Shown: positions 11,260 to 23,632 of the stretch, in pieces
Layout: each line of letters starts with the position of its first letter
Numbering within the stretch: the first letter of the stretch is position 1
Source of the DNA: Eledone cirrhosa
Taxonomy: Eukaryota
Direction of reading: 5' to 3'
Assembly: GCA_964016885.1 (NCBI GenBank)
Contig: OZ024742.1
Span: 194,680,001-194,744,000 of the forward strand
Length of the DNA stretch: 64,000 nucleotides
The notes under the pieces: generated by a model
What the model was told of the DNA's origin: nothing
The model's input: only the letters and a program-made list of their open reading frames with translations
Databases searched by the model: none
Translations under genes and position numbers: made by a program

Positions 11260-11780
11260 TAGTACTAATAACATGCAAATTATGACAGAGATAATGAAAA
11301 TTATTGTGTAGAGTGCTCAGGCGCACTACAACTCATCATGTATAGTACATAGAGTAATGTACAAATATCAGGAAAGTGAACAGTGTATGAGTCATTTTAT
11401 ACAGTCACAGAGAGACAGACACACACATACATGCGTGCGTGTGCATGAAGGTTGAATATCAGGTGTAGTTTTCGCGAACTTCAGGAAGAATGGAAATTTT
11501 GACGGATGCAGTGTCCCGACAGCTAACAACTGATGCAGGTAGTTTGAGCAATGCTTCAGCAATTCTGAGCGGGAAGCGATGTTTCCGAAAGTCATGGAGC
11601 TGTATTGTTTTCTGATTTGGTTAGCATGTCCACGGATGTTAGATACGTGGAATTCAAAAAGGTACTCACTGGGTGTCTACCAAGTCAGTTGCCAGACGTT
11701 GGAGCTTTAATGTATCCATGTTCAGGGAAGCAAGACGTTCAAAGTATGATAGATGTCAATTAGTATGTCCATTTCAGGAT
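11260..11780 (-). pseudogene. CR1-type LINE 3' end (ORF2 C-terminus and 3' UTR)
   Basis: Minus-strand frames give LSYFERLASLNMDTLKLQRLATDL...RGHANQIRKQYSSHDFRKHRFPLRIAEALLKLPASVV, typical of the CR1 ORF2 tail. Confidence 0.75.
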
Positions 11781-12027
11781 TCTACCATAAATGATTCAGG
11801 ATTCTACCATAAATCATTCGGTTACATATTTACTTATGGTTGTTTAAGGTATATGCAGCCTTTTTATTGACAGCCCATCTAGGCTTGAACCCCACTTAAA
11901 TGTGTTTATCATTTTATTTAATGTATGGAGAAATACGTACATTTCTTGTTTAAATCTCAAAAATGTGTATATTTATATACATATATACACTCTTCTGAAT
12001 TCATCTCATATACTTTGCTTAGAACAG

Positions 12028-12081
<54 letters not shown>

Positions 12082-12087
<6 letters not shown>

Positions 12088-12617
12088 AGAAATGTAAGCT
12101 ATCGCCGTATTTTGACTAAAGAAATTAAAGAAATTATTTAGCCTGATAGTGAGGTTAAGAACCCTCGGAGAAATGGAAAAAGATGAGTATTGACGTACAT
12201 GGGAGTCGAACCCACATCTGTGGTTATCCGGACCACTGTGCTACCATTTACACCAACACATGTTGGAAAAAGATGAGTATTGACGTACATGGGAGTCGAA
12301 CCCACATCTGTGGTTATCCGGACCACTGTGCTACCATTTACACCAACACATGTTGGTGTAAATGGTAGCACAGTGGTCCGGATAACGACAGATGTGGGTT
12401 CGACTCCCATGTACGTCAATACTCATCTTTTTCCAACATGTGTTGGTGTAAATGGTAGCACAGTGGTCCGGATAACCACAGATGTGGGTTCGACTCCCAT
12501 GTACGTCAATACTCATCTTTTTCCATTTCTCCGAGGGTTCTTAACCTCACTATCAGGCTAAATAATTTCTTTAATTTCTTTAGTCAAAATACGGCGATAG
12601 CTTACATTTCTAATAAT
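12082..12617. repeat. 536-bp near-perfect palindrome containing four 90-bp tRNA-like units
   Basis: Symmetry centre 12349/12350; mirror ORFs 12138..12419(-) and 12280..12561(+) are identical; units have A box TGGTGTAAATGG and B box GGTTCGACTCC. Confidence 0.92.
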
Positions 12618-12934
12618 TTCAAATCAAGTAGCTGTTTCAAAAATATTCTTACTTGATGTATATATATATTTCTGTTCTCAGAAGAGTGTAAATATGTATA
12701 TAAATATTCAATCATATTTTATTATTTGTTTGACCCGAATAGCTTGTTCGCTTATATGGCTTTGCGGTTAATGGTTTAACCATTGTCTCAGTGGGTTGGG
12801 CCTTTTAACGTATGTTGTTGCCCTAGTTGACTCGTTTCTATGGAGCACTTGCCACACATCTCGGAAGTTGTTTTTCGTTAATTTCCAATAGCCGAAATGC
12901 GATTCTCGCTAATTTATATTTGTATATATATTTG

Positions 12935-13082
<148 letters not shown>

Positions 13083-14167
13083 TATATATATATATATATG
13101 TTTGTATATATGCATATATATATGTGTGCGTGTGTGTGTGTGTGTGACTTTGTTTGTGTTTTGGCTGCCTTTGCGTGCGTCCATGTGGGTGTCTACCATA
13201 TAAAATATAAATATATTTCTGTTAAAGAAATTACTCTTTTTTCAAAACAACTTTAAGTCTCTAATACCTTAATGTATCGATTAAACAATTGTAAATACTA
13301 AGTGTAAACTTCAACGCCAAGGGAAGTACTTGACAACTTGTTTAGATGCAACATGGACCATTCGATCTTGGAGGTATCATGTTTTTATTCTCCTCTAATA
13401 TTACATTGCATATTCAATTTTTTTCTTATTTTAGCATTTTTCTAAAATATAAAAATTGGAATAAAACTATCTTCAAATATTATTTTAATCTTTACACTGA
13501 TTCTTATAAGAGTTTATTAGTTATTATTTTCTTATATCTGCATACATAATCTTAAAGCTTTTAAACTAGAAGTTCTGGTTATCGCCCATTTTATTATTAC
13601 ATCCGTTTTTTCTTTCATCCAATATCTAGCACCTATCGCTGATAGTGTTACTCAATATGTCAGCCACAGAGAATTATAAATATTTCGTTTCACAGTGAAT
13701 ACGGTATTAATATTTCCGGGAATATTTATGTTATTGATTTAATTCAACCGAATTATTGTTATTCTCAATGGAACTAGCGCTAACGTTTCGATATTTTTAT
13801 ATTCATTTAATTGTTCCAGTTATTCAGCTGTAACCATGCTGGAGCAAAACGTTTTAAAGATGGATTTAATTGATCAGATATTTCCCTGTGCTTGTCTTTT
13901 TCAAACCTGGTAATTTTCTCATCGATATCTGTAAATTAAAGGGGCCGTCTTGTCACACAACTTGTCACGGTGAATCACACTGAAAATTATGTTAAGGGTT
14001 CACATATCAGTTGAATGCTCAATCACAGATTGATTTCATGAGCAGCCATTTCGTTGATCGAACCACTGGAACACTCTTCCTCGAAACCGTTGGAGATCCA
14101 TTCTACGCATTAGAGCTCAAATGTGAGAGGAGATTATAACTGAGTTATACAGCAGTTTTGCAGTAGT

Positions 14168-14440
14168 AGAGGCGCGTGGCCTGGTGGTAAGGATGTTGGA
14201 CATACGATAATAATATCGTGTGTTCGATTCCTAGGCTGGGTCGCGTGTTGTGTTCTTGAGCAAAAAACTTCATTTCACGAAGCTCCAGTATACTCAGTTC
14301 AAAATGAGTACCAGCAATATATGGAAGGTTTAACACTGCGATTGACTGGCGTTCAGACCAGAGGGCAGTCTTGTAATCTCAGTCGCTTCATGCCACGAAA
14401 CCGCGATAAGCACCGGCCTAACGAGCCTTGAAACAGACTT
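14168..14440 (+). mobile_element. tRNA-derived SINE (family B); shorter copy at 29848-29965
   Basis: ggcgcgtggcctggtggtaagg...gttcgattcct head followed by a tgtgttcttgagcaa...tttcacg core. Confidence 0.7.
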
Positions 14441-14744
14441 TAGTATATATTTACCGGTAATTTATGACATCAACTTCTGGTGACTAAAGAGAGAAGTTAA
14501 CCTCAGTGGATATTGAACTCAAGAGAAGAGAAGAATTAACTATATACTGCGAAAAGAATTTTCGCCGAAGTTCTGACAAACCTGGTAACGTTTATGTCCG
14601 AAAAGATTTGTGGATCCTCCGTCGGAGTCACCGATGAGTATTTACTTATTCGATCAAATGAAGGTCCAACTCGTGAATTCACATATATATATATTCTAAA
14701 ATTCCACAGATTCGTGAACCCTGAAAGCAAATCTCAAGCGGAGT

Positions 14745-14912
14745 GGTGGGTAATGACCGAAATAATGTGATCACGAATACAAGCGGCCAAAATGGGGTTT
14801 CTCAGAAGGGTTTTTGGAGTAACATTACTTGATAGAGTGCGTAGCTCGGAGCTCAGAGAGCCGCTACTTTTCCGAATTGAGAGATCACAGCTCCGATATT
14901 ATGGGCATGAAA
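14745..14912 (+). pseudogene. RTE-type LINE ORF 3' fragment
   Basis: WVMTE...RIQAAKMGFLRRVFGVTLLDRVRSSELRE...IERSQLRYYGH. Confidence 0.7.
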
Positions 14913-15134
14913 TTCAGCGTAACGTAGTGGGTAACGAGTCTCACCCTTTCAAATTATAGTTATAGTCCCATTTACGGACTGTTAAACAGATTCCGTCTAC
15001 TTAGTCTTACAGACAAGAGTTGGGTCAACCCAGTGCGATGAGATGAAACCCTCACCACAAATTACGGAGCTAATTTCTTAACTATTCGGCATGCTACATA
15101 GACTCCCACAGCACGTGGCAATTACCCAGTCCCA

Positions 15135-15168
<34 letters not shown>

Positions 15169-15683
15169 CTCTCTCTCACACAGACATACCCACACCCTCT
15201 CTCTCACACACACATACCCACACTCCCACTCTATCTATCTATCTATCAATTGGTCACTCTGTCTGTTTATCCATCTATATATATATATATATATATATAT
15301 ATCTATTTAACTATCTCTCTTTTTCGTTCGTCTCTCCCTTTTCCTATCTATCTATATAGCTATCTATATGTTAATCTACTTAACACATCTCATTTTTTAC
15401 TCTCTTTCCTTCAAATACACACACATACGCTTTCTTTCTCTCACTTTCTCACTCTCCCATTGTCTCTCTCTTTCTAACACCCACCACCACCACCACCACA
15501 CACACACAGATTCACACATACACAAACATACACACGCACATCAAACAATTACCGATTGTCGATTCAATTGGCTTCAACGCCTTTTGCTTCGTGGGATTGC
15601 TTTAATGTTATCAATACTGTATTAACAGAATGTTAAATTTTCCATTAGTCTTGGCACCAAAGATATATGCCTCGCCAAATCAC

Positions 15684-15747
<64 letters not shown>

Positions 15748-15923
15748 CTATATATATATAGACATATATATAATCTATCCGCTTTCAATATAAATTGCGT
15801 TATTGATTTGATGGAGCACCAAAATATAAATGGCGGCGTGTTCATGGCTTGATTTGTTGTTTCATTCACAACCACAATGGATTCTGCAGGTGGTGTGATA
15901 TTTAGCTATACGCATATGGGTAG

Positions 15924-15992
<69 letters not shown>

Positions 15993-16019
15993 TATATATA
16001 TATATGTACATATATACAG

Positions 16020-16053
<34 letters not shown>

Positions 16054-16061
16054 TATATACA

Positions 16062-16104
<43 letters not shown>

Positions 16105-16105
<1 letters not shown>

Positions 16106-16236
16106 TTTCTGAATTTGTTTCGCAATATTCTTTATCTGAAAACGTGTGTTGAAACCGATATTGTTATACTTTGGGAGACTCATGTTGCCAATAAGAAACA
16201 CATGCACGAGTTGCTTTCACTCCAATTTATTATAAA
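16105..16236. mobile_element. Left part of a fold-back element interrupted by the Helitron; continues at 25728-26080
   Basis: 16181-16236 joined to 25728-25787 is the reverse complement of 25962-26078; related piece at 46460-46540. Confidence 0.75.
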
Positions 16237-16276
16237 CTAGCAGTAAAGCCCGGCGTTGCTCGGGGTCGCTCAGTAG

Positions 16277-17881
16277 CTGTGTTAAAGTTACAATGTTAAG
16301 TTTCTTTTTTGGCTTAAAAACTGTAGTGTCTACTGTGCAGACTTGCATGTGGTGTTTTTGATTAATATTCCCTCAACCAACAATATGCCTTATGAAGTTA
16401 AGAAAACGTAACGATAACCCGAATGTTATAACAAAAGAGGATGCTGGGGATAGAAACTGCACTGGTTATTTATTAACAAAGATCGAAAATGTAAACACTG
16501 CAACGCAGAGAAAAACATTAGCGTAACCAAATTATCAGTTATGTCTGTCTGCACGCCTATATCACCTCTCTGCACGACTGTCTGTCTGCACGCCTATATC
16601 ACCTCTCTGCACGACTATCTGTCTGCACGCGTATATCACCTCTCTGCACGACTGTCTGTCTGCACGCGTATATCACCTCTCTGCACGACTGTCTGTCTGC
16701 ACGCCTAACGAAATTTACAGATACATATATTTTAAATAAACTTATATAATTTTTGCTTTTTTTTACGAAATATTTGCTTGTTTTACGTAGTCTTTAAATA
16801 GACTTGTTTTCAAGTAAAAATATTGTTTTAAAAGGCTTTTAAATGAAAATGAAGCAAAACGGAAGCTTATTGTTCGAACTGATGAAGCTGTGTTAAAGTT
16901 ACAATGTTAAGTTTCTTTCTTGGCTTAAAAACTGTAGTGTCTACTGTGCAGACTTGCATGTGGTGTTTTTGATTAATATTCCCTCAACCAACAATATGCC
17001 TTATGAAGTTAAGAAAACATAACGATAACCCGAATGTTATAACAAAAGAGGATACTGGGGATAGAAACTGCACTGGTTATTTATTAACAAAGATCGAAAA
17101 TGTAAACACTGCAACGCAGAGAAAAACATTAGCGTAACCAAATTATCAGTTATGTCTGTCTGCACGCCTATATCACCTCTCTGCACGACTGTCTGTCTGC
17201 ACGCCCATATCACCTCTCTGCACGACTGTCTGTCTGCACGCGTATATCACCTCTCTGCACGACTGTCTGTCTGCACGCTTATATCACCTCTCTGCACGAC
17301 TGTCTGTCTGCACGCCTATATCACCTCTCTGCACGACTGTCTGTCTGCACGCCTATATCACCTCTCTGCACGACTGTCTGTCTGCACGCCTATATCACCT
17401 CTCTGCACGACTGTCTGTCTGCACGCGTATATCACCTCTCTGCACGACTGTCTGTCTGCACGACTGTCTGTCTGCACGCCTAACGACGAAATATTTGCTT
17501 GTTTTACGTAGTCTTTAAATAGACTTGTTTTCAAGTAAAAATATTGTTTTAAAATGCTTTTAAATGGAAATGAAGCAAAACGGAAGCTTAGTGTTCGAAC
17601 TGATGAATTTTGCAGGTCAATAAAAGTTACAATGTTAAGTTTCTTTCTTGGCTTAAAAACTGTAGTGTCTACTGTGCAGACTTGCATGTGGTGTTTTTGA
17701 TTAATATTCCCTCAACCAACAATATGCCTTATGAAGTTAAGAAAACATAACGATAACCCGAATGTTATAACAAAAGAGGATGCTGGGGATAGAAACTGCA
17801 CTGGTTATTTATTAACAAAGATCGAAAATGTAAACACTGCAACGCAGAGAAAAACATTAGCGTAACCAAATTATCAGTTAT
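16277..17881. repeat. Tandem array of ~610-740 bp modules, each with a nested 37-bp minisatellite (gtctgtctgcacgcctatatcacctctctgcacgact); another module at 24029-24445
   Basis: Modules start near 16277, 16888 and 17623; minisatellite at 16543-16705, 17152-17480 and 24029-24160. Confidence 0.9.
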
Positions 17882-18139
17882 TTTGAAACAAAGAAATTGG
17901 ATGGACATGAAGAACAAAAAAAAAATGCGTTATCTGAAGTCGAGGGGCAGGCAGTATCAAATAGGTTTGCACTTGTGATAAAAAATATTGACAATGTAAT
18001 AGCTCAGATGTTTAAGTATAAAGTATGAAGAGCTCATAACATACCCATGGTGAGTTTGACGGGCAGATTATAGACAGCCACAGCATGCGAAATGGATAGC
18101 TGCAGCAAAAGCCATATTCACCAAAAAGAATCACTAAAA

Positions 18140-18228
18140 TCAACAAAACAGAAATTCTGCTTCCATTGCATCTTCAGGTGCAACTGAGAATGATGACGAA
18201 AGTTTACTTTGACGCACCAGAAATGCTG
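18140..18228 (+). pseudogene. Inverted, diverged fragment of the RepHel N-terminal coding region
   Basis: Translates QQNRNSASIASSGATENDDESLL*RTRNA versus QQDRNAASIAPSQATDNYDECLFRRTRNA in RepHel (23390-23476). Confidence 0.8.
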
Positions 18229-18859
18229 TTGTCGCTTGTTGTCCATGTCGGAATGCATATTGAAACAATGAAAGAAATGACGGAAACAATCTGTGTATGT
18301 ATGCGGCAAGTTGTGTGTGTCTACGTATTAAACGCCGGACTTGTCAGCGACTGGAGGGTGTCCTTAACAATCGAAAGCATCAATTCCAGAGTCCACTTTG
18401 ACTTGCAAGCAATGCCGGGCCTATAGGTCTCGTGATGTGTCCTATGGTGTCAGAGGCGTTGTGCTTGTTAAGAAGTTGGCGTCATGTCGTCAGTTTCGAA
18501 GTTGCTGATGTCGCGTGTGTGTTAATGCATGAGCACGCATGTATGTCGTTCTTTTAACTGTGTGTGGGCGTATGTGTGGGTGCATATGATGGCGGTGTGT
18601 GCAAATACGAAGTGCGAATAAGTTTGTATATAGTTCTGTTGTTTGACATATATTTGTACAATGGTAGAAAATTCAAATGAGAAGTGATTCACTGTTGCAT
18701 TGGTAACTGTAATTTACTCTGCAAATGCACTGAAAGGTATGTCTAGGTGTCAATAGAATGCACTGCGTCAATGTTGAATAAGTCTCCTTTTTTCAGGTTT
18801 CGTAGATGCTATATATTTAAGGCAGTTGGTGTAACATTGCCATTTTGAACATAAAAACT

Positions 18860-21800
18860 CTATAAAACCTCACGGTATACAATATTCTTTGTTTTTCCAT
18901 TTGGAGCAAAGGCAAAAAGGTTATTCCGGCTGCCAACTCGAGAACATCCAACGTAGAATTGTCCATGTGAGAAACATGGTTCCTCCAGGTGAAGTCCTGC
19001 AACAGATAAAGTCTGACCCTGGGACTTGTTGATGGACATAGCAAAGGCAGCACGAAGGGGAAATTGAGTTCTTTTAAAAGAATAGGGTGCATCCACTCCT
19101 GATGTAGTAAGAGTTACCATAGGTATTAAAACATCTTCTCCTTTTCCACACCCTGACATAATCGTAGCATAAATAATGTGCTGTGACATCCTATTGACAA
19201 CAAGGCGTGTACCATTGCAAAGCTTGGGAGGAGTTATATTCCTGAGAAGTATAACTGGACATCCTTCCTTGAGAGACAAAATATGTTGAGGTAGACCAGG
19301 AATGTCCAATGAATTGAGGAATTCAATGGGATAACTGACCGCATCATGTGGATCAACATTGGTATCAATAGACTTAAAAGTCATATCATTTCCAGGAAGA
19401 CTTTCAAGCATTTTGCGATTAATGGCGGAGACAGTGACATTTGTAGGAGCTAATATAGCCCTCTCACACAGCCATGCATGATTGCGGTAATTATCTACCA
19501 AGCTGGGAAAAACGGCTGCCTTGAGATCTTCGACAGTGTTAACCAGACAGCATATATTGTCGAGTGCAATGTCTCTATGCACATCTGAAGGTACTTTGCC
19601 GTCGCCAAGAATGAGAAGGTCTTCAGCAAATTTTTCAGACACAGTATCCCCATGCAGTTGAATACGCATGTTAGTGGTCAGACGAAGTGTTGTTAGCTGT
19701 TGCCACAATGGAGAAGACTTCAGGCAGGCCCGAACTTGATCCGCTCTGGTGCCCTTTGGAATAACCGGCAAAGTTTGTCGAAAGTCCCCTGAAAGCAAAA
19801 GAGTTACACCCCTCATGGTCTCCTGGCAGTCTCTAATGTCTTTTAGCGTTCTATCTAAGGCCTCAATAGCTCCTTTGTGAGCCATGGTACATTCATCCCA
19901 CACAATCAGTTGGCACCGCCGTAGCAGTTCTGCTCTGGGACTATCCTTGGTGATGTCACAGAGCGGTGTTTCAGCTGATACCAAGTTAAGCGGAAGCTTA
20001 AAGGTAGAATGTGCTGTCCTACCGCCAGGAAGTAGTGTTGCAGCAATACCAGATGATGCAACAGCTATTGCGATAACTTCATTCTGTCTAACTTTGGCAA
20101 GAATAAGTTTAGTCACAAAGGTTTTTCCAGTGCCTCCAGGGCCATCAAGAAAGAAGATACCACCCGATCGATGAAATACATAATCAGTGATAGTGTTGTA
20201 TGCTAATTGTTGATCAGGAAGTAGTTTTGATTCCATTTCAAACACATATCTAGCTAGAGCATCGACATCATAAGATGTTTCTTGGATGATGAGAATTGGA
20301 ATTTTATTAGAATCAGTGCGGTGGGTTTGTGGAAGACCGTATGCTGGCAAGGCATTCCCACCCATAAGGAAAATCCTGTCCTCTATATCTATAAGCCCTT
20401 TATTGTATAAATCATCACTGAAATCTATTTCTATGTCAGGAAGTAGTAGTTGAGCCTGGTGAAGGAAGTCCTCAGACAGTTGGTTCCGAAACTTCAACCA
20501 TAATGTGTAGGGATCACAAATGTTACATAAGTGAAGAAGCTTTGCAAAGACCTCTCGTAGGCTTCCAGCTGAGTGTGATGAAGCGATCTCCACCAAGGTT
20601 GCATCCCATCGTGAGTCATCTTCAAGCATTCCACGAGCCAAACAGGCATCTCTGTATGTAGACCAAACACGATTACTGAAAGTTCTGAGGTCCTGAAAAC
20701 TGGTCGGTCCTTTGACCTCATGCAGTAGCATTCGAAGATAGAAGCAACTGTGTTGATTTGGAGGAATCGTATACACTCGCCCCAAGCAATTAGTGAATTT
20801 GATTCCAGGAACTCCAATAACTGGTTGGCCAGTCTTTCTGCGACACCATGTTTTTTTATTCCATGTGTAGTATGATGGCACCTGAGGATACAGCAATGAT
20901 TTTGCGAACTCATCGTATTTGCACAGTTTGAAGAATCCAGTTAAAGTTGTCTCCCTTGGGGTCTGTGCTAATTCAGTGGCATTTTCATTGGTATAATACA
21001 CCCGTTGACCGTGTTCTAGGTGTACATCTAATTTTACAATTGAAGGGTGCCTATCATGTATTGGAAAACCAAAGATTCGCCAAAAGGCCTCGCTACTACT
21101 TATGTATCGACCTACTTGGAATTGTGTTACTTCGTCTCTATTGTTTTCGTTGAGTATACCGAACGAAGCAGCGTCAGAACCTTTATTAACATACTTACAT
21201 ATGTATTTGATGCACTTGACGGAGCTACAGAATTCAACATTAATGTGTGCGTTGAAAGTACTGAGCAGGAGTGGACAATAGGGAATGATCCATCTGTTGT
21301 CAATCTCGCCATTCTTAACCCTAGCCGTAAAACCTCCATCTTCAGGTTGCCTACGTCTATATAATGGGTAGCCATCATTGCCAGTCTGAGTATCGCGAAT
21401 AAATTGGCGGGGAAATTTTTTAGTGCATCTTTTATTGCCTGTAACGCATGGTAAGTCGGTTCTAAAGCCAGGCCCACATGGACCATGCACCATATGTGCC
21501 CTAACTTTCATGTACAAGTCCTTGTCAGTGGAAGGATATGGTAATTCTGCAGAGATGATCCTGTCAATGTCGTTAGAACTAACCTTTGTTGTCAGCCAAA
21601 TAAGAATATGAGCATGGGGGAGGCCCCTTTTTTGCCATTCGATTGTGTACATGTCACATTGAACTGGTCCGAAAACCTCACCTAATTTCATAAGATCCAT
21701 AAGCTTAAGTAACTTAAGACGGAATACTCTAGCTGCGAGATCATGTCGGCGTGTGGTGTTCTGACCAGGAAGGAGTTCGTCCTCAATCTCCTTCCAATTG

Positions 21801-23632
21801 GGGTTACATGTAAAAGTTATGAATAAGTCTGGCCTACCGTAATGTCGTACAATTGTCATGGCGTCCTGAGTCCTTTCATGCATATATCGAGGGCTTCCCG
21901 TGAAGGTAGAGGGCAGAATGCATACTTTTCCAAGACTCTCAGGATCCGCATCATCGTTCATTCCATCCAGAAGGTGTATGTAGCTGTCACAACGCAACTT
22001 TTTTTGATTGAGTTTGATAAAACACAATCTCTCTGATTCCATTTTCGCACACATGTCAGTTGCATACTGGTTGAAAAGATCTTGAGAGCGGTGGAGGTGA
22101 TTAAAACAGTCATCTCGGATCATGAATCGAAATGCATAGAAGTCCTTGCATGAAACTGTTTTGGTAGAATGAACCTCTGAATTGGTACAGTTACATTGTG
22201 GAACGCCAAAATGGTATCCATCCTCTCCATATACAAAAAGCAGTGGGTATTGGAGTGCGTCGTATGATCTGTGTGTTTCACTGATCCGTTGAAGTCCGTG
22301 GTCGCGATGCTTGATAACAATGTCACGTTTGTTGTGCTGATCACCAGCGAGAAGTATCGCAACCTCATTCAAATAAGGTGAATTATAGCGGCCTGCATGT
22401 TCTCTAGATGGCCGCTTGTCAGCATCAATGACAACATAGTAATTATCAACAGGAGCTGTTTCTAATGCATATTTAAAGCTCTGAACATAGCTGTTGTGAC
22501 TATGAAGCATGTCTTGAAGTTCAAAAAGGAGCTCCTGTCTAGTGTCATAGGCAATTGAATATTTCCTTGTTGCTTGTGGACAGTCAGTTAAGTTATTTGT
22601 TTTTTCTTTTGGGAAGGCAAATGTATTTCGCCTTGTAGCTTGTTGAAGGCAGTTGGACATGAAGTAGACCTGGAGAAATCGGGGCTCTTTATTATCTACA
22701 GGCTCCAGTGATCCGATAAGATGATAAACCTGACCTTGAACTTTGAAAGTGGGCATAAATCCACTTTCATATTCATAACTCGATCCAAAAGATGTCATTT
22801 GGAAGGCACAATTATAATGTCGAATATCTAGAAGGAAAGCTCTGGAGAGTGAATGGGTGCCTGTAAGAAGAAGCCTCAATGGCTGTGGTGGATCTCTAGG
22901 AGGGTGCAAGTTGACCTTACCATTAGAGCAGCACATTCCGGCTGGTTCGCCCGGCCACTTTTTAGCTTTGCAAAACTGGCAAATTCCAGACATGTCACCA
23001 ATTTGAATATGAAGGTGTGTAGCATAATTATTAGCGGGGACATAATTGAAAGCCTTCAATGACCACCGTGATTTCGCAGCCCTCGAGATACCCCGCTTAT
23101 TGGCTTTAAACTGAAAAACACCCCCCAGTCGAATAGTTCGGTTACCTGCTGTCTCCGCTTCTCGCGCAGCTGCAGTAGCAGCCGCATCTCTGCCCTGACG
23201 AAGTATACGTTCAATAGCATTCTCTGCAGCTCGAACAGTTGCAGTAACAGCCGCATCTCTGCTTTGACGGAGTTTACGTTGAACATCATTCTCTGCAGCT
23301 CGCGTAGCTGCTTTTGCCGTTGTATTTCTTGCAAGCTGAGTTTGACGTTCCACGTGTTTCACTGCAGCACATAAGGATGCAGTTGAAGAAGCATTTCTGG
23401 TGCGTCGGAATAAACATTCGTCATAATTGTCAGTTGCCTGTGAAGGTGCAATGGAAGCAGCATTTCTGTCCTGTTGACTCAAGCAACGCTCATCGATAGA
23501 CAGAGCTGTTGTATTCACTGAACACCCTGCTATTTCAGGCTGTCTAATGCTCGACGACACCTCAGTCAGCCTCCTTCTTTTTGTTATCTGAGACCGCGTC
23601 AGTCGTAATAAGGGTGTCCTTTTTTTAGGCAT
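18860..23632 (-). CDS. Helitron RepHel transposase (HUH Rep endonuclease + Pif1-family SF1B helicase), intact and intronless
   Basis: 1595-aa ORF (first ATG 23632); Zn motif CQFC..CCSNGKV; Rep motifs PDLFITFTCNPNW, EWQKRGLPHAHILIW, YICKYVNKG; helicase motifs GPGGTGKT, IVWDECTM, GDFRQTLPV, SINKSQGQTL, HGQFYVGCSRV. Confidence 0.97.
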   Translation of the reverse strand: MPKKRTPLLRLTRSQITKRRRLTEVSSSIRQPEIAGCSVNTTALSIDERCLSQQDRNAASIAPSQATDNYDECLFRRTRNASSTASLCAAVKHVERQTQLARNTTAKAATRAAENDVQRKLRQSRDAAVTATVRAAENAIERILRQGRDAAATAAAREAETAGNRTIRLGGVFQFKANKRGISRAAKSRWSLKAFNYVPANNYATHLHIQIGDMSGICQFCKAKKWPGEPAGMCCSNGKVNLHPPRDPPQPLRLLLTGTHSLSRAFLLDIRHYNCAFQMTSFGSSYEYESGFMPTFKVQGQVYHLIGSLEPVDNKEPRFLQVYFMSNCLQQATRRNTFAFPKEKTNNLTDCPQATRKYSIAYDTRQELLFELQDMLHSHNSYVQSFKYALETAPVDNYYVVIDADKRPSREHAGRYNSPYLNEVAILLAGDQHNKRDIVIKHRDHGLQRISETHRSYDALQYPLLFVYGEDGYHFGVPQCNCTNSEVHSTKTVSCKDFYAFRFMIRDDCFNHLHRSQDLFNQYATDMCAKMESERLCFIKLNQKKLRCDSYIHLLDGMNDDADPESLGKVCILPSTFTGSPRYMHERTQDAMTIVRHYGRPDLFITFTCNPNWKEIEDELLPGQNTTRRHDLAARVFRLKLLKLMDLMKLGEVFGPVQCDMYTIEWQKRGLPHAHILIWLTTKVSSNDIDRIISAELPYPSTDKDLYMKVRAHMVHGPCGPGFRTDLPCVTGNKRCTKKFPRQFIRDTQTGNDGYPLYRRRQPEDGGFTARVKNGEIDNRWIIPYCPLLLSTFNAHINVEFCSSVKCIKYICKYVNKGSDAASFGILNENNRDEVTQFQVGRYISSSEAFWRIFGFPIHDRHPSIVKLDVHLEHGQRVYYTNENATELAQTPRETTLTGFFKLCKYDEFAKSLLYPQVPSYYTWNKKTWCRRKTGQPVIGVPGIKFTNCLGRVYTIPPNQHSCFYLRMLLHEVKGPTSFQDLRTFSNRVWSTYRDACLARGMLEDDSRWDATLVEIASSHSAGSLREVFAKLLHLCNICDPYTLWLKFRNQLSEDFLHQAQLLLPDIEIDFSDDLYNKGLIDIEDRIFLMGGNALPAYGLPQTHRTDSNKIPILIIQETSYDVDALARYVFEMESKLLPDQQLAYNTITDYVFHRSGGIFFLDGPGGTGKTFVTKLILAKVRQNEVIAIAVASSGIAATLLPGGRTAHSTFKLPLNLVSAETPLCDITKDSPRAELLRRCQLIVWDECTMAHKGAIEALDRTLKDIRDCQETMRGVTLLLSGDFRQTLPVIPKGTRADQVRACLKSSPLWQQLTTLRLTTNMRIQLHGDTVSEKFAEDLLILGDGKVPSDVHRDIALDNICCLVNTVEDLKAAVFPSLVDNYRNHAWLCERAILAPTNVTVSAINRKMLESLPGNDMTFKSIDTNVDPHDAVSYPIEFLNSLDIPGLPQHILSLKEGCPVILLRNITPPKLCNGTRLVVNRMSQHIIYATIMSGCGKGEDVLIPMVTLTTSGVDAPYSFKRTQFPLRAAFAMSINKSQGQTLSVAGLHLEEPCFSHGQFYVGCSRVGSRNNLFAFAPNGKTKNIVYREVL

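Noticed and set aside
12141-12175. ctgatagtgagg...cctcggagaaa as a hammerhead inside the tRNA palindrome
   Set aside because: Core spacing is wrong and no stem I, stem III or NUH site could be built.
12351-12520. Functional tRNA genes
   Set aside because: The acceptor stem does not pair and the GGA anticodon is atypical for eukaryotes; treated as tRNA-like units.
16543-17480. 37-bp repeats as a CRISPR array
   Set aside because: Units are head-to-tail with no unique spacers, the context is eukaryotic and there are no cas genes; this is a minisatellite.
19884-23499. Short ORFs overlapping RepHel on other frames and strands
   Set aside because: Shadow ORFs of a long coding sequence, with no independent motifs.
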